This document shows positions 45,498-55,218 of a stretch of DNA of 64,000 nucleotides, one piece after another. Origin of the DNA: Lachnospiraceae bacterium (GTDB taxonomy: Bacteria > Bacillota > Clostridia > Lachnospirales > Lachnospiraceae). The stretch lies in NCBI GenBank assembly GCA_963661945.1, contig CAVLDP010000003.1, positions 61,441-125,440 on the forward strand, in the 5' to 3' direction. Made by a program: the position numbers and the translations under genes. A model generated the notes under the pieces. It saw nothing but the letters and a program-made list of their open reading frames with translations. It was not told where the DNA came from and did not search any database. Position 1 is the stretch's first letter, and the number at the start of each line of letters is the position of its first letter.

Positions 45498-45524
45498 TTG
45501 ATAGGAATTAGAAAGGTGATTGAA

Positions 45525-46025
45525 ATGGCAAAAGTAGGAATTGTAATGGGTAGTGACTCTGACATGCCAGTAATGGCAGAGGCCGCAAAAATTCTGGATC
45601 GATTTGGAATTGATTATGAGATGGATATTATTTCCGCTCATAGAGAACCAGATGAATTCTTCTCTTATGCGAAGTCTGCAGAGGAAAGAGGTTACAAGGT
45701 GATTATTGCAGGAGCAGGTAAGGCAGCACATCTTCCTGGTATGTGTGCAGCAATCTTTTCCATGCCTGTAATTGGAATTCCGATGAAGACGTCAGACCTT
45801 GGCGGAGTAGATTCCCTTTATTCAATCGTACAGATGCCAAGTGGTATTCCAGTTGCTACTGTTGCGATTAATGGTGGTAAGAATGCTGGAATTCTTGCTG
45901 CTAAGATTCTTGCAACATCCGATGACAAGCTTCTCTCTGAGATTAAGAAGTATACAGATGAGCTGAAGGAAGAGGTGAAGGAGAAGAACAATCACCTTAA
46001 GGAAGTTGGCTACAAGGAATATTAG
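45525..46025 (+). CDS. purE: 5-(carboxyamino)imidazole ribonucleotide mutase
   Basis: VGIVMGSDSDMPVM and AGKAAHLPGM motifs. AAAGGTGA SD before ATG 45525. Confidence 0.93.
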   Translation: MAKVGIVMGSDSDMPVMAEAAKILDRFGIDYEMDIISAHREPDEFFSYAKSAEERGYKVIIAGAGKAAHLPGMCAAIFSMPVIGIPMKTSDLGGVDSLYSIVQMPSGIPVATVAINGGKNAGILAAKILATSDDKLLSEIKKYTDELKEEVKEKNNHLKEVGYKEY

Positions 46026-46076
46026 AATTAGATACCTATTATATTGACACATAGATTTTTATTGGAGGATCAGAAA

Positions 46077-47108
46077 ATGGGACTGAATTACAAGGGCGCA
46101 GGCGTTGATATTGAGGCAGGATATAAGTCAGTAGAACTTATGAAGGCTTCTGTGAAGGAGACAATGAGACCAGAGGTACTTGGTGGCTTGGGAGGCTTCT
46201 CTGGAGCTTTCTCACTTGCAGCAATTAAGGATATGGAGGAGCCAGTTCTTCTGTCTGGTACCGATGGATGTGGTACCAAGGTGAAATTAGCATTCCTCAT
46301 GGACAAGCATGACACCATCGGTATTGATGCTGTTGCTATGTGTGTAAATGATGTAGTTTGTGCTGGTGGAGAGCCTCTTTTCTTCCTTGATTATATTGCC
46401 TGTGGCAAGAACTATCCTGAGAAGATTGCGACAATCGTATCTGGCGTAGCAGAAGGCTGTAAGATGTCTGGATGTGCTCTGATTGGTGGTGAGACAGCAG
46501 AGCATCCTGGTCTTATGCCAGAGGATGAGTATGATCTGGCTGGTTTTGCAGTTGGCCTTGTAGATAAGAAGGATATTATTACCGGAGAGAATCTATCAGA
46601 AGGAGATGTCCTAATTGGTATCGCATCATCTGGTGTACATTCCAATGGATTCTCTCTTGTTCGTCAGATTTTCCCTATGACACGTGAGTCTCTTGATACT
46701 TATTATGAAGAACTTGGTACGACACTCGGCGAAGCTCTTCTTGCACCGACAGTAATTTATGTGAAGTCGCTCAAGGAAATCAAGGCAGCAGGCGTTACAA
46801 TTAAGGCTTGCAGTCATATCACAGGTGGCGGTTTCTATGAGAATATTCCACGTATGCTTCCAGAAGGTAAGAGAGCAATCATCGAGAAGGATTCCTATGA
46901 GATTCCTCCAATCTTCAAGTTAATGCAGAAGACTGGTGATATCGATGATGAGATGATGTATAACACCTACAACATGGGACTTGGTATGGTTCTTGCTGTT
47001 GATAGTGCAGATGTAGATAAGACACTTCATGCAATTGAGGCAGCTGGTGAGAAGGCTTATGTTGTTGGACGTATCGCTGATGGCGAAAAGGGAGTAGATT
47101 TATGCTAA
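46077..47108 (+). CDS. purM: Phosphoribosylformylglycinamidine cyclo-ligase
   Basis: [14 protein letters not shown] and GGETAE motifs. GGAGGA SD before ATG 46077. Confidence 0.94.
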   Translation: MGLNYKGAGVDIEAGYKSVELMKASVKETMRPEVLGGLGGFSGAFSLAAIKDMEEPVLLSGTDGCGTKVKLAFLMDKHDTIGIDAVAMCVNDVVCAGGEPLFFLDYIACGKNYPEKIATIVSGVAEGCKMSGCALIGGETAEHPGLMPEDEYDLAGFAVGLVDKKDIITGENLSEGDVLIGIASSGVHSNGFSLVRQIFPMTRESLDTYYEELGTTLGEALLAPTVIYVKSLKEIKAAGVTIKACSHITGGGFYENIPRMLPEGKRAIIEKDSYEIPPIFKLMQKTGDIDDEMMYNTYNMGLGMVLAVDSADVDKTLHAIEAAGEKAYVVGRIADGEKGVDLC

Positions 47109-47728
47109 AAATAGCGGTACTTGTATCAGGCGGAGGCACTAATCTACAGGCGATTATTGATGGTATTTCATCTGGTAAGATTACGAATACGAAGATCGTG
47201 ACTGTCATTTCTAATAATAGAGATGCTTATGCTCTGAAGAGAGCAACGGATGCTAATATACCAGCTAAGTGCATAAGTCCTAAGGATTATGCTAATCGTG
47301 AATTATTTAACGAAGCCCTCCTTAAGGCTTGTATCGATGCAGAAGCTGATTTGATTGTGCTGGCAGGATTCCTTGTGGTGATTCCATCGAAGATGATTGA
47401 GGCCTACCGCAATCGAATCATTAATATTCATCCATCCTTGATTCCATCCTTCTGTGGAACAGGCTATTATGGACTCAAGGTCCATGAAGGAGTTCTGGCT
47501 CGTGGAGTCAAGGTAACAGGAGCAACCTGTCATTTTGTAGATGAGGGAACAGATACTGGCCCAATTATTCTGCAGAAGGCTGTTTTGGTGCAGCAGGACG
47601 ATACGCCAGAGATTCTTCAGCGAAGAGTTATGGAAGAGGCAGAATGGGTGATTATGCCTCGTGCCATTGACCTTATTGCCAATGGTAAGGTATCTGTAGT
47701 AGATGGTAAGACAGTAATTAGTGAATAG
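47102..47728 (+). CDS. purN: Phosphoribosylglycinamide formyltransferase
   Basis: [15 protein letters not shown] and NIHPSLIP motifs. 7-nt overlap with purM. Confidence 0.94.
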   Translation: MLKIAVLVSGGGTNLQAIIDGISSGKITNTKIVTVISNNRDAYALKRATDANIPAKCISPKDYANRELFNEALLKACIDAEADLIVLAGFLVVIPSKMIEAYRNRIINIHPSLIPSFCGTGYYGLKVHEGVLARGVKVTGATCHFVDEGTDTGPIILQKAVLVQQDDTPEILQRRVMEEAEWVIMPRAIDLIANGKVSVVDGKTVISE

Positions 47729-47742
47729 AGCGAGGAAATAAG

Positions 47743-49014
47743 ATGAAAGTATTAATTGTTGGTAGCGGTGGAAGAGAACATGCAATTGCTCAGGCTGTGT
47801 CAAAGAGCAAGAGAGTAGATAAGATTTACTGTGCCCCTGGAAATGCAGGTATTTCTGAGCTGGCAGAGTGCCTTCCAATTGGCGCTATGGAATTTGATAA
47901 GCTTGTTTCCTTTGCCAAGGAAGAGAAAATTGACTTCACTATTATTGGAATGGATGATCCTCTGGTTGGTGGAATTGTAGATGCCTTTGAGGAGGCTGGA
48001 CTTAAGTGCTTCGGTCCTCGTAAGAATGCTGCAATTCTTGAAGGTTCCAAATCATTTTCCAAGGATCTCATGAAGAAGTACAATATCCCAACCGCATCTT
48101 ATGAGACATTTACCGATGCATCTTCTGCACTTGATTATCTTAAGAGTGCAAGCTTCCCAATTGTCCTCAAGGCAGATGGTTTGGCTCTCGGCAAGGGCGT
48201 ATTAATCTGTAATAGCTTAGAAGAAGCGGAAGATGGCGTGAAGACCATTATGGAGGATAAGAAGTTCGGTGATGCAGGCAAGACGATGGTTATTGAAGAG
48301 TTTATGACTGGTCGTGAAGTCTCTGTTTTATCCTTTGTTGATGGAAACACCATTCAGATTATGTCTTCCGCACAGGATCATAAGAGAGCTGGCGATGGTG
48401 ATACCGGCCTTAATACTGGTGGTATGGGAACCTTCTCCCCAAGTCCATTTTATACAGATGAAGTGGATGAATTCTGCAAGAAATACATCTATCAGGCTAC
48501 AGTAGATGCAATGAAGGCAGAAGGAAGAGAATTTAAGGGTGTCATCTTCTTTGGACTTATGCTGACATCTGAGGGACCAAAGGTTCTGGAATACAATGCA
48601 AGATTTGGCGACCCAGAGGCGCAGGTTGTTCTTCCTCGTATGAAGAATGATATCATTGATGTGATGGAGGCTTGCGTAGATGGTACTCTTGACAAGCTCC
48701 AACTCGAATTCGAAGATAATGCTGCTGTATGTGTTGTTCTCGCATCCGATGGATATCCTGTTTCCTACGAGAAGGGATATCCGATTACAGGCTTTGACAA
48801 GTTTGATAATGAGAACTATTTCTGTTTTCATGCTGGAACTGCTAAGAATGATGCAGGTGAGATTGTCACAAATGGTGGTAGAGTGCTTGGCATTACAGCA
48901 AAGGGAGCTGACCTAAAGACAGCTCGTGCCAATGCTTATGCTGCAACAGAGTGGATTGATTTTGCCAATAAGTATATGAGGCATGACATCGGTAAGGCTA
49001 TCGATGAGGCATAG
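47743..49014 (+). CDS. purD: Phosphoribosylamine-glycine ligase
   Basis: MKVLIVGSGGREHA N-terminus and ATP-grasp body. Confidence 0.95.
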   Translation: MKVLIVGSGGREHAIAQAVSKSKRVDKIYCAPGNAGISELAECLPIGAMEFDKLVSFAKEEKIDFTIIGMDDPLVGGIVDAFEEAGLKCFGPRKNAAILEGSKSFSKDLMKKYNIPTASYETFTDASSALDYLKSASFPIVLKADGLALGKGVLICNSLEEAEDGVKTIMEDKKFGDAGKTMVIEEFMTGREVSVLSFVDGNTIQIMSSAQDHKRAGDGDTGLNTGGMGTFSPSPFYTDEVDEFCKKYIYQATVDAMKAEGREFKGVIFFGLMLTSEGPKVLEYNARFGDPEAQVVLPRMKNDIIDVMEACVDGTLDKLQLEFEDNAAVCVVLASDGYPVSYEKGYPITGFDKFDNENYFCFHAGTAKNDAGEIVTNGGRVLGITAKGADLKTARANAYAATEWIDFANKYMRHDIGKAIDEA

Positions 49015-49050
49015 GATATTCCAATTAATGGAATTCTAATTAATGGCATT

Positions 49051-49692
49051 CTAATCCAGAGGAAATTCTTGAATCCTTTTTATGGCTTCGGTATAGAATT
49101 CCTCTGGATATTCCTTTACGAAGAGGTTCTCTAAGTAGAGCTTGTTGATATTCTCTGCTTCCTCATTGTGGTAGTAAATTCTGGTGATTAATTTGCGCTG
49201 GAGATCCTTATAGGCTACCATATAGCTTTCGTAGGCCTTGTAATGGTCTATGCCAAGATGCTTTTCAATCTTGATCTTGGATTTCGTCTCGCATGGACAG
49301 GCGTCCTCTAAGATAAAGTATGAGACTTGATTATCATCCTCATATTTTCGACCAAGCGGGAAGAGGCGACATACTCCAGGGCGATAATCATGAATGAAGC
49401 AGCGACCATCCTTATTTAGATAAGGGCAGGTTAGATCATTTTCATCCTTGGAATCTGGTCCGACCATCATGCGTATATTTGGAAAGACAAGGCCTCCATC
49501 TACATGGAGTTCTACAGGTCCATCGAGTAATTCTAAGAAGGTTAGGCCTGTGTTCTTACTAATCTGATGGATATCCCATGGAGTTAGAAGGATGGACTGC
49601 CCCATATTGTGACAGCATTTGGAGCAAGAGGTGCAGTTATGGATGTCCACTCTGGCTAATTCGTGTGATTTGTAATATCTTTCGTTTTGCAT
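49051..49692 (-). CDS. YkgJ-family Cys-cluster (zinc/iron-chelating) protein
   Basis: CTSCSKCC (CxxCxxCC) near the N-terminus plus later CRLFP and CPC cysteines. Confidence 0.7.
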   Translation of the reverse strand: MQNERYYKSHELARVDIHNCTSCSKCCHNMGQSILLTPWDIHQISKNTGLTFLELLDGPVELHVDGGLVFPNIRMMVGPDSKDENDLTCPYLNKDGRCFIHDYRPGVCRLFPLGRKYEDDNQVSYFILEDACPCETKSKIKIEKHLGIDHYKAYESYMVAYKDLQRKLITRIYYHNEEAENINKLYLENLFVKEYPEEFYTEAIKRIQEFPLD

Positions 49693-49765
49693 GATTCTAC
49701 CTATTGGATTATTTTTATTGAACTAAGTTTTATTCTTGTTATTTCTTGTTACAAGGAGATTATAT

Positions 49766-50752
49766 ATGAAAATTTATGTGTTTGATACAGCTGATTTTGA
49801 GATTCAGACACTTGAGAAATTAAATAAATCAACGGACAGTGAGATTGTCATTCGGAGGGATTCCCTTACAATGGATACAGTCTCCGAGATTTATGACGGC
49901 GATGCAGTGTCGGTTCTTGGTTATAGCAGGATTAATCGTGAACTGCTCTTAGAGCTTAAGGCTCTCGGAATTAACCACATTTCTACTAGAACGATTGGTT
50001 TTGACCATATTGATGTTGCATCAGCGAGTGAACTTGGCATGCATGTCTACAATGCATATTATCAGCCAAGTAATGTTGCGGATTTTACAGTGATGATGAT
50101 GCTCATTATGCTTCGTAAGGCTAAGATATCCGTCTGTAGAGCTCTGGTAAATGATTTCTCCCTTGATGGAATGCAAGGCAGAGAGCTTCGATCCATGACC
50201 GTTGGTATTATCGGAACGGGCAAGATTGGCGCTACTGTGATTAAGGACTTGAGCGGCTTTGGCTGCAAGATTTATGCATATTCTCATCATGAGAGAGAAG
50301 ACTTATCTGGATTATGTCAATATGTGGATTTGGAGACGATCTACCGTGAATGCGATATTATTTCCCTTCATATTCCACTGACGGATGACAATTACCATAT
50401 GATTGATAGGGATGCTCTGTATCGAATGAAGAAGGGCGTAATTCTAATCAATACAGCCAGAGGTCAGCTGATTGATACGGAGGATTTGATAGCAGCTCTA
50501 GAAGATGAACAGGTGGGAGGTGCTGGTATCGATACTCTTGAGGAAGAAGCAGGAATCATGCATGTGGATGTGGGAACGAGGATCGTGGATAACCGTTCGC
50601 TTCTCTATCTGAAGCAGTTCCCGAATGTTCTCTATACACAGCATTATGCCTTCTTTACTGAAGAGGCAACAACCTCTATGACAACCTGTGGAGTCACTTC
50701 TCTTGAAGAAGGGTTTGCAGGAGATAATCTGATAAATGAAGTTACCAAATAA
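49766..50752 (+). CDS. D-isomer-specific 2-hydroxyacid dehydrogenase (D-lactate dehydrogenase-like)
   Basis: NAD fold GIIGTGKIG. Catalytic region INTARG..D and H in TQHYAF. AAGGAGA SD before ATG 49766. Confidence 0.85.
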   Translation: MKIYVFDTADFEIQTLEKLNKSTDSEIVIRRDSLTMDTVSEIYDGDAVSVLGYSRINRELLLELKALGINHISTRTIGFDHIDVASASELGMHVYNAYYQPSNVADFTVMMMLIMLRKAKISVCRALVNDFSLDGMQGRELRSMTVGIIGTGKIGATVIKDLSGFGCKIYAYSHHEREDLSGLCQYVDLETIYRECDIISLHIPLTDDNYHMIDRDALYRMKKGVILINTARGQLIDTEDLIAALEDEQVGGAGIDTLEEEAGIMHVDVGTRIVDNRSLLYLKQFPNVLYTQHYAFFTEEATTSMTTCGVTSLEEGFAGDNLINEVTK

Positions 50753-50787
50753 AAAAGTCCGGGCAGCGCAAACTGCCTGGACTTTTT
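50753..50787. terminator. Bidirectional terminator between the dehydrogenase gene and nrdG
   Basis: AAAAGTCCGGGCAG-CGCAAA-CTGCCTGGACTTTT. An A-run and a T-run flank the stem. Confidence 0.85.
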
Positions 50788-50798
50788 GATTCTATTAT

Positions 50799-51299
50799 TT
50801 ATGATTCTTTTGTCTCTCTGAGATTTATAATTCTCTGATTGCTGCTTCCTCTGAATTCAAGCGTAATGTCGTGTAGCTCTTCAACATATTCGCCATCAAC
50901 TAATACATCAATGTAGGAGAGCATCTCATCCGTTACTTCTGTATGAGCGACTCCGTCAGGATCTAGAAGATCTGTCTCATAAGTATATCCGGTGTAACAC
51001 CATATGGTCTTGTCTGGATATTTCTCACGGAACTGCCGAAGGAGTGGCATAAGACCGCGCTGGTTCTCGGGTTCCATTGGTTCCCCACCAAGAAGGCTAA
51101 GTCCTGCAATATAAGCAGGTTCAATGGATTTTAGAATGTCATACATGGTATCAAATGTGAATTCTAATCCGTAGTTGAAATCCCAAGCAATCTGGTTGAA
51201 GCAACCAGGGCAGTGGTGAGTGCAACCAGAGACAAAGAGACTGGTTCTGACTCCGGTGCCATTTGCAATGTCACAGTATTTGATATTGGCGTAGTGCAT
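50799..51299 (-). CDS. nrdG: Anaerobic ribonucleoside-triphosphate reductase activating protein
   Basis: Radical SAM cluster CTHHCPGCFN. 166 aa. Located directly downstream of nrdD. Confidence 0.93.
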   Translation of the reverse strand: MHYANIKYCDIANGTGVRTSLFVSGCTHHCPGCFNQIAWDFNYGLEFTFDTMYDILKSIEPAYIAGLSLLGGEPMEPENQRGLMPLLRQFREKYPDKTIWCYTGYTYETDLLDPDGVAHTEVTDEMLSYIDVLVDGEYVEELHDITLEFRGSSNQRIINLRETKES

Positions 51300-51310
51300 A
51301 ATAGCTTCCC

Positions 51311-53509
51311 TTATAAGTGAAGAACGCGGTCCTTGATCTCCTGGGTACGACCCTGATTCCAGAACTGAGTTCCAATATAACCACAGGTACGACGTGCGAC
51401 AGACATCTTGTCCTGATCTCTATTGCCGCATCTTGGACATTCCCAAACGAGTTTGCCGGAATCGTCCTTTACAATCTTGATTTCTCCATCGTAGTCACAG
51501 ATTTCACAGTAATCGGACTTGGTATTAAGCTCTGCATACATGATATTCTCATAGATGTAGGACATAACAGACAGTACAGCTGGAATATTCTGCTGCATAT
51601 TAGGTACTTCTACATAGGAGATTGCTCCACCTGGAGATAACTTCTGGAAGTCTGATTCGAATTTGAGCTTGGAGAAGGCATCAATCTCTTCTGTAACATG
51701 TACATGATAAGAATTCGTGATGTAGTTCTTGTCTGTAACACCTGGGATGATACCGAATCTCTTCTGCAGACTCTTGGCAAATTTGTAGGTGGTAGACTCC
51801 ATAGGAGTTCCATAGACAGAATAGCTGATATTCTCGGCTTCCTTCCATTCCTTACATTTGTCATTCAATCGCTGCATAACCTTCAGGGAGAATTCTCTTC
51901 CTTCATCGGTGGTATGAGACTGTCCGAGCATACGAACGCACATCTCATAGAGACCAGCATATCCGAGAGAAATGGTAGAGTATCCACCATAGAGCAGCTT
52001 GTCAATTTTCTCGCCCTTGTCGAGACGGGCAAGAGCTCCGTGCTGCCAGAGAATAGGAGCAACATCGGATACGGTTCCAAGAAGTCTCTCGTGACGACAA
52101 CGTAAGGCTCTATGACATAACTCGAGACGGTCTTCTAAGATTCTCCAGAAATCATCCATATTACCCTGAGAAGAGCATGCAACATCGACCAGGTTGATGG
52201 TTACAACACCCTGATTGAATCGGCCATAGAATTTGTGGCTTCCGTCTTCATTTCTCTGAGAATCCTCAACAGTCAGGAAGGAACGACATCCCATACATGG
52301 GTATACGCAACCCTGCTTTAGTTCACGCATAATCTTGGCTGAAATGTAGTCAGGAACCATGCGCTTAGCGGTACACTTGGCAGCAAGCACAGTTAGATCA
52401 TAGTACTTGGAGCCTTCCGTGATATTGTCTTCATCAAGCACATAGATGAGCTTAGGAAAGGCTGGTGTAACAAGAACACCCTTCTCGTTCTTAACACCCT
52501 GCATTCTCTGCAGCATAACTTCACGAATGATCGCAGCAAGATCATCACGAGTCTGACCTTCTGGAACTTCGTCGAGGTACATAAATACGGTTACGAATGG
52601 CGCTTGACCATTACATGTCATAAGAGTAATAAGCTGATACTGAATCGTCTGAATACCGGATTTGATTTCTTCGGACAGACGCTTCTCAGTGATCTTGGAA
52701 ATGATATCTTCATCCAGCGATTCATTGCACATCTTGCGTTCTTCGATAACCTGAGCATGAATCTTCTTGCGGGAGATATCTACAAATGGAGCCAGATGAG
52801 ACAGGGTAAAGGACTGTCCGCCATACTGGTTGGATGCAACCTGGGCCACAATCTGGGTTGTTACATTACATGCAGTGAAGAAGCTGTGTGGCTTCTCAAT
52901 CATAGTCTCAGAGATGGCTGTGCCGTTCTGAAGCATGTCCTCTAAGTTGATGAGGTCGCAGTTATGTTCTCTCTGTGCGAAATAGTCAGTATCGTGGAAA
53001 TGAATGATACCTTCCTGGTGAGCCTTTACAATCTCTTCTGGAAGGAGAATTCTCTGTGAAATATCCTTGGATACTTCGCCGGCCATATAATCACGCTGGG
53101 TAGAATTGATGACAGGGTTCTTGTTGGAGTTCTCCTGCTTCACCTCTTCATTCAGCTGATCGATTAGAGCGAGAATACCGTTATCTGTGGTGTTTGTCTT
53201 ACGAGACAATTCTCTCTTGTAGCGATAACGGACGTACTTCTGAGCAACCTCATAGCAGCGCATCTCCATGATACCAGTCTCGACCATATCCTGGATGTCT
53301 TCGACATTCACTGCATGGGTAGATTCGTGGACCTGACGTGCAATCTTGGCAGCAACAGCCTGAATCTGTGCATCATTCATCTGATAGATACTATCGATAT
53401 CGGTGTTAGCCTTGGTGATCGCATTAATGATCTTATCAATATTAAAGGTCACCTCGCGACCATTACGCTTGATGACCTTGGTTTTTACGTCAGATGTACT
53501 TGTTTCCAT
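51311..53509 (-). CDS. nrdD: Anaerobic ribonucleoside-triphosphate reductase (class III)
   Basis: N-terminal ATP-cone (VIKRNGREVTFNIDKI). C-terminal Zn site CEICDY..CPRCG. Glycyl-radical motif RRTCGYIG. Confidence 0.96.
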   Translation of the reverse strand: METSTSDVKTKVIKRNGREVTFNIDKIINAITKANTDIDSIYQMNDAQIQAVAAKIARQVHESTHAVNVEDIQDMVETGIMEMRCYEVAQKYVRYRYKRELSRKTNTTDNGILALIDQLNEEVKQENSNKNPVINSTQRDYMAGEVSKDISQRILLPEEIVKAHQEGIIHFHDTDYFAQREHNCDLINLEDMLQNGTAISETMIEKPHSFFTACNVTTQIVAQVASNQYGGQSFTLSHLAPFVDISRKKIHAQVIEERKMCNESLDEDIISKITEKRLSEEIKSGIQTIQYQLITLMTCNGQAPFVTVFMYLDEVPEGQTRDDLAAIIREVMLQRMQGVKNEKGVLVTPAFPKLIYVLDEDNITEGSKYYDLTVLAAKCTAKRMVPDYISAKIMRELKQGCVYPCMGCRSFLTVEDSQRNEDGSHKFYGRFNQGVVTINLVDVACSSQGNMDDFWRILEDRLELCHRALRCRHERLLGTVSDVAPILWQHGALARLDKGEKIDKLLYGGYSTISLGYAGLYEMCVRMLGQSHTTDEGREFSLKVMQRLNDKCKEWKEAENISYSVYGTPMESTTYKFAKSLQKRFGIIPGVTDKNYITNSYHVHVTEEIDAFSKLKFESDFQKLSPGGAISYVEVPNMQQNIPAVLSVMSYIYENIMYAELNTKSDYCEICDYDGEIKIVKDDSGKLVWECPRCGNRDQDKMSVARRTCGYIGTQFWNQGRTQEIKDRVLHL

Positions 53510-53618
53510 GATAGCTTCTCCCCTTTTAATTCATATTATTTGTTGTACTTTGGGCTAATTTGTATAACCGTCACACAATTCAGAAAATACAAAATGTGGA
53601 ACAGACCAAAAAGAAAAA

Positions 53619-53634
53619 ACACTATATCTTGTGC
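53619..53634 (-). promoter_or_regulatory. Candidate NrdR box upstream of nrdD
   Basis: The minus strand reads GCACAAGATATAGTGT, a 14/16 match to the acaCwAtATaTwGtgt consensus as I recall it. It overlaps a TATAGT -10-like hexamer. Confidence 0.5.
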
Positions 53635-53690
53635 CTAGAAATAATAATATACTAATTTCGAAGAATTGAAAAGAGGAAAATGAAGAAATC

Positions 53691-53867
53691 TTATACGAAT
53701 TGATTTCGCTCCTTGTTATATTCGTAATTGATGGTGGAGAGTTTGTCTATAATCTCATTTTTGTCGATATTATTGGCTTTGGCGAATTCGTCCAAACTCG
53801 GATAGAAATCTCTAAGATTTGTGTTTACGACGCTAAGGAGCATAACTGGGTCCTTTGGTAAATTCAT
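53691..53867 (-). CDS. DUF4250-like small protein, 58 aa (below the ORF-track cutoff)
   Basis: Reverse-complement ORF MNLPKDPVMLLSVVNTNLRDFYPSLDEFAKANNIDKNEIIDKLSTINYEYNKERNQFV with a GAGGT SD. The sequence pattern matches DUF4250 proteins of Firmicutes as I recall them. Confidence 0.7.
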   Translation of the reverse strand: MNLPKDPVMLLSVVNTNLRDFYPSLDEFAKANNIDKNEIIDKLSTINYEYNKERNQFV

Positions 53868-53969
53868 AGTGGTACCTCACATTCTTAATACTATATCTTG
53901 TATATTGTATCATTTTTTTCTGCTTCTATACATGGTACAATGAGGAAGAAAGGAACCTGGGGAGATAAT

Positions 53970-55085
53970 ATGCAGAAGAAAAGGAAAGAAGCCTTGAGGC
54001 GAAAAAGAATCATTTCTATTATTATAAGTATTCTTGCCCTTATTGTAGCAGGAGGATTTGTAATTGATTCATTTATGCATGTAGGAGATGCCGACTTATC
54101 GGAGAAGGAAGAGACAGTAGAAGCAGAGGTTCAAGTAGATGAGATATCGATCGAAGAGCCAACCAGTATTATTTTTACTGGTGATGTACTTCTTTCAGAC
54201 TATGTCCTTTCTAATTATGATTCAGGTGGACTTGATGCTGTACTTGATACGAGTCTTCAGAAGGAACTAAATGATGCAGACATCCTTATGGTGAATCATG
54301 AATTCCCTTTTAGCACGCGTGGAGAACAGGCTAAGGATAAGCAGTATACCTTTCGTGTGGATCCGGGGTATGTAGAAATCCTGCAGGAGATTGGCGTGGA
54401 TATTGCAGGCCTTGCCAATAATCATGTGCTGGATTTTGGCCGGGATGCTCTGTCAGACACCTTTGATACGCTTACCTCTGCTGGCATTTCCTATACGGGT
54501 GCAGGAGATGATTTGGTTGATGCAAGTAAGCTTATAACTTATGACATTTCTGGTAAGAAATATGGTTTTCTTGCGGCATCTCGTGTGATACCAGTCGCAT
54601 CCTGGAATATAGAAAATGGTGGACCTGGCGTTTTTTGTACCTATGATACTACCTATTTGATCGAGGACATTAAGAAGGCCAAGGAATCTTGCGATTATGT
54701 CTTTGTCATGGTTCACTGGGGAATGGAGCATACGATAGAGCTTGAGGATTACCAGCCTAGTATCGGGCATGCTCTAATTGATGCTGGCGCAGATGCAGTG
54801 ATTGGCGCCCATCCTCATGTTCTGCAGGAAATTGAATATTATGAAGGTAAGCCGATTTTCTATAGTCTTGGCAATTTTATCTTCAATACAACGATTGATT
54901 CGACAGTTGCTGTTAAGATGGAATTTACGGATGGAGAGGATAATCCGGTAATCACCCTGATTCCAGCATATGCATCTAATGCCATGACACATGAGGCAGA
55001 CAGTGCTAGGGCAGAAGAGATTTTCTCCTATCTTGAGTCTATCTCTGAGGGGATTACAATTTCAGATAATGGACAAGTGGAATAA
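53970..55085 (+). CDS. CapA-family metallophosphoesterase-like protein with N-terminal membrane anchor
   Basis: TM anchor IISIIISILALIVAGGFVI. NHEFP, ANNH, VMVHWGMEH and GAHPH motifs. GGGGAGA SD before ATG 53970. Confidence 0.8.
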   Translation: MQKKRKEALRRKRIISIIISILALIVAGGFVIDSFMHVGDADLSEKEETVEAEVQVDEISIEEPTSIIFTGDVLLSDYVLSNYDSGGLDAVLDTSLQKELNDADILMVNHEFPFSTRGEQAKDKQYTFRVDPGYVEILQEIGVDIAGLANNHVLDFGRDALSDTFDTLTSAGISYTGAGDDLVDASKLITYDISGKKYGFLAASRVIPVASWNIENGGPGVFCTYDTTYLIEDIKKAKESCDYVFVMVHWGMEHTIELEDYQPSIGHALIDAGADAVIGAHPHVLQEIEYYEGKPIFYSLGNFIFNTTIDSTVAVKMEFTDGEDNPVITLIPAYASNAMTHEADSARAEEIFSYLESISEGITISDNGQVE

Positions 55086-55112
55086 AATGTCGAATTGTCC
55101 TAAAGAAAATGC

Positions 55113-55162
55113 AGTGCTAGAATAGATATGCTATAGGAAGTTAGAAATTCGAGTGCTAGAAT
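55113..55162 (+). promoter_or_regulatory. Two copies of AGTGCTAGAAT (extended -10-like TGcTAGAAT) 39 bp apart upstream of pta
   Basis: Exact 11-nt direct repeat at 55113-55123 and 55152-55162. No good -35 for either copy. Confidence 0.4.
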
Positions 55163-55218
55163 GTACTACGAATAAATACTTTTGATTTTGTTTGATTATT
55201 TCTAAAAAGGAGAAAATT

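Noticed and set aside
45498-45524. Expected purine riboswitch or PurR leader upstream of purE.
   Set aside because: Only 27 nt separate purE from the preceding stop, so there is no room for a riboswitch.
49018-49057. About 15-nt tandem repeat ATTCCAATTAATGG / AATTCTAATTAATGG / CATTCTAAT between purD and the convergent ykgJ-like gene.
   Set aside because: It has 2.6 imperfect copies in AT-rich 3' DNA, overlaps a stop codon, and has no spacer structure (so it is not CRISPR-like). It is probably slippage without function.
53573-53599. Second NrdR box paired with the one at 53619-53634.
   Set aside because: There are only half-site matches (ACACAATT... and ...AATGTGG), with centre spacings of 46 or 35 bp instead of about 31-32 bp. 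It cannot be supported by eye.
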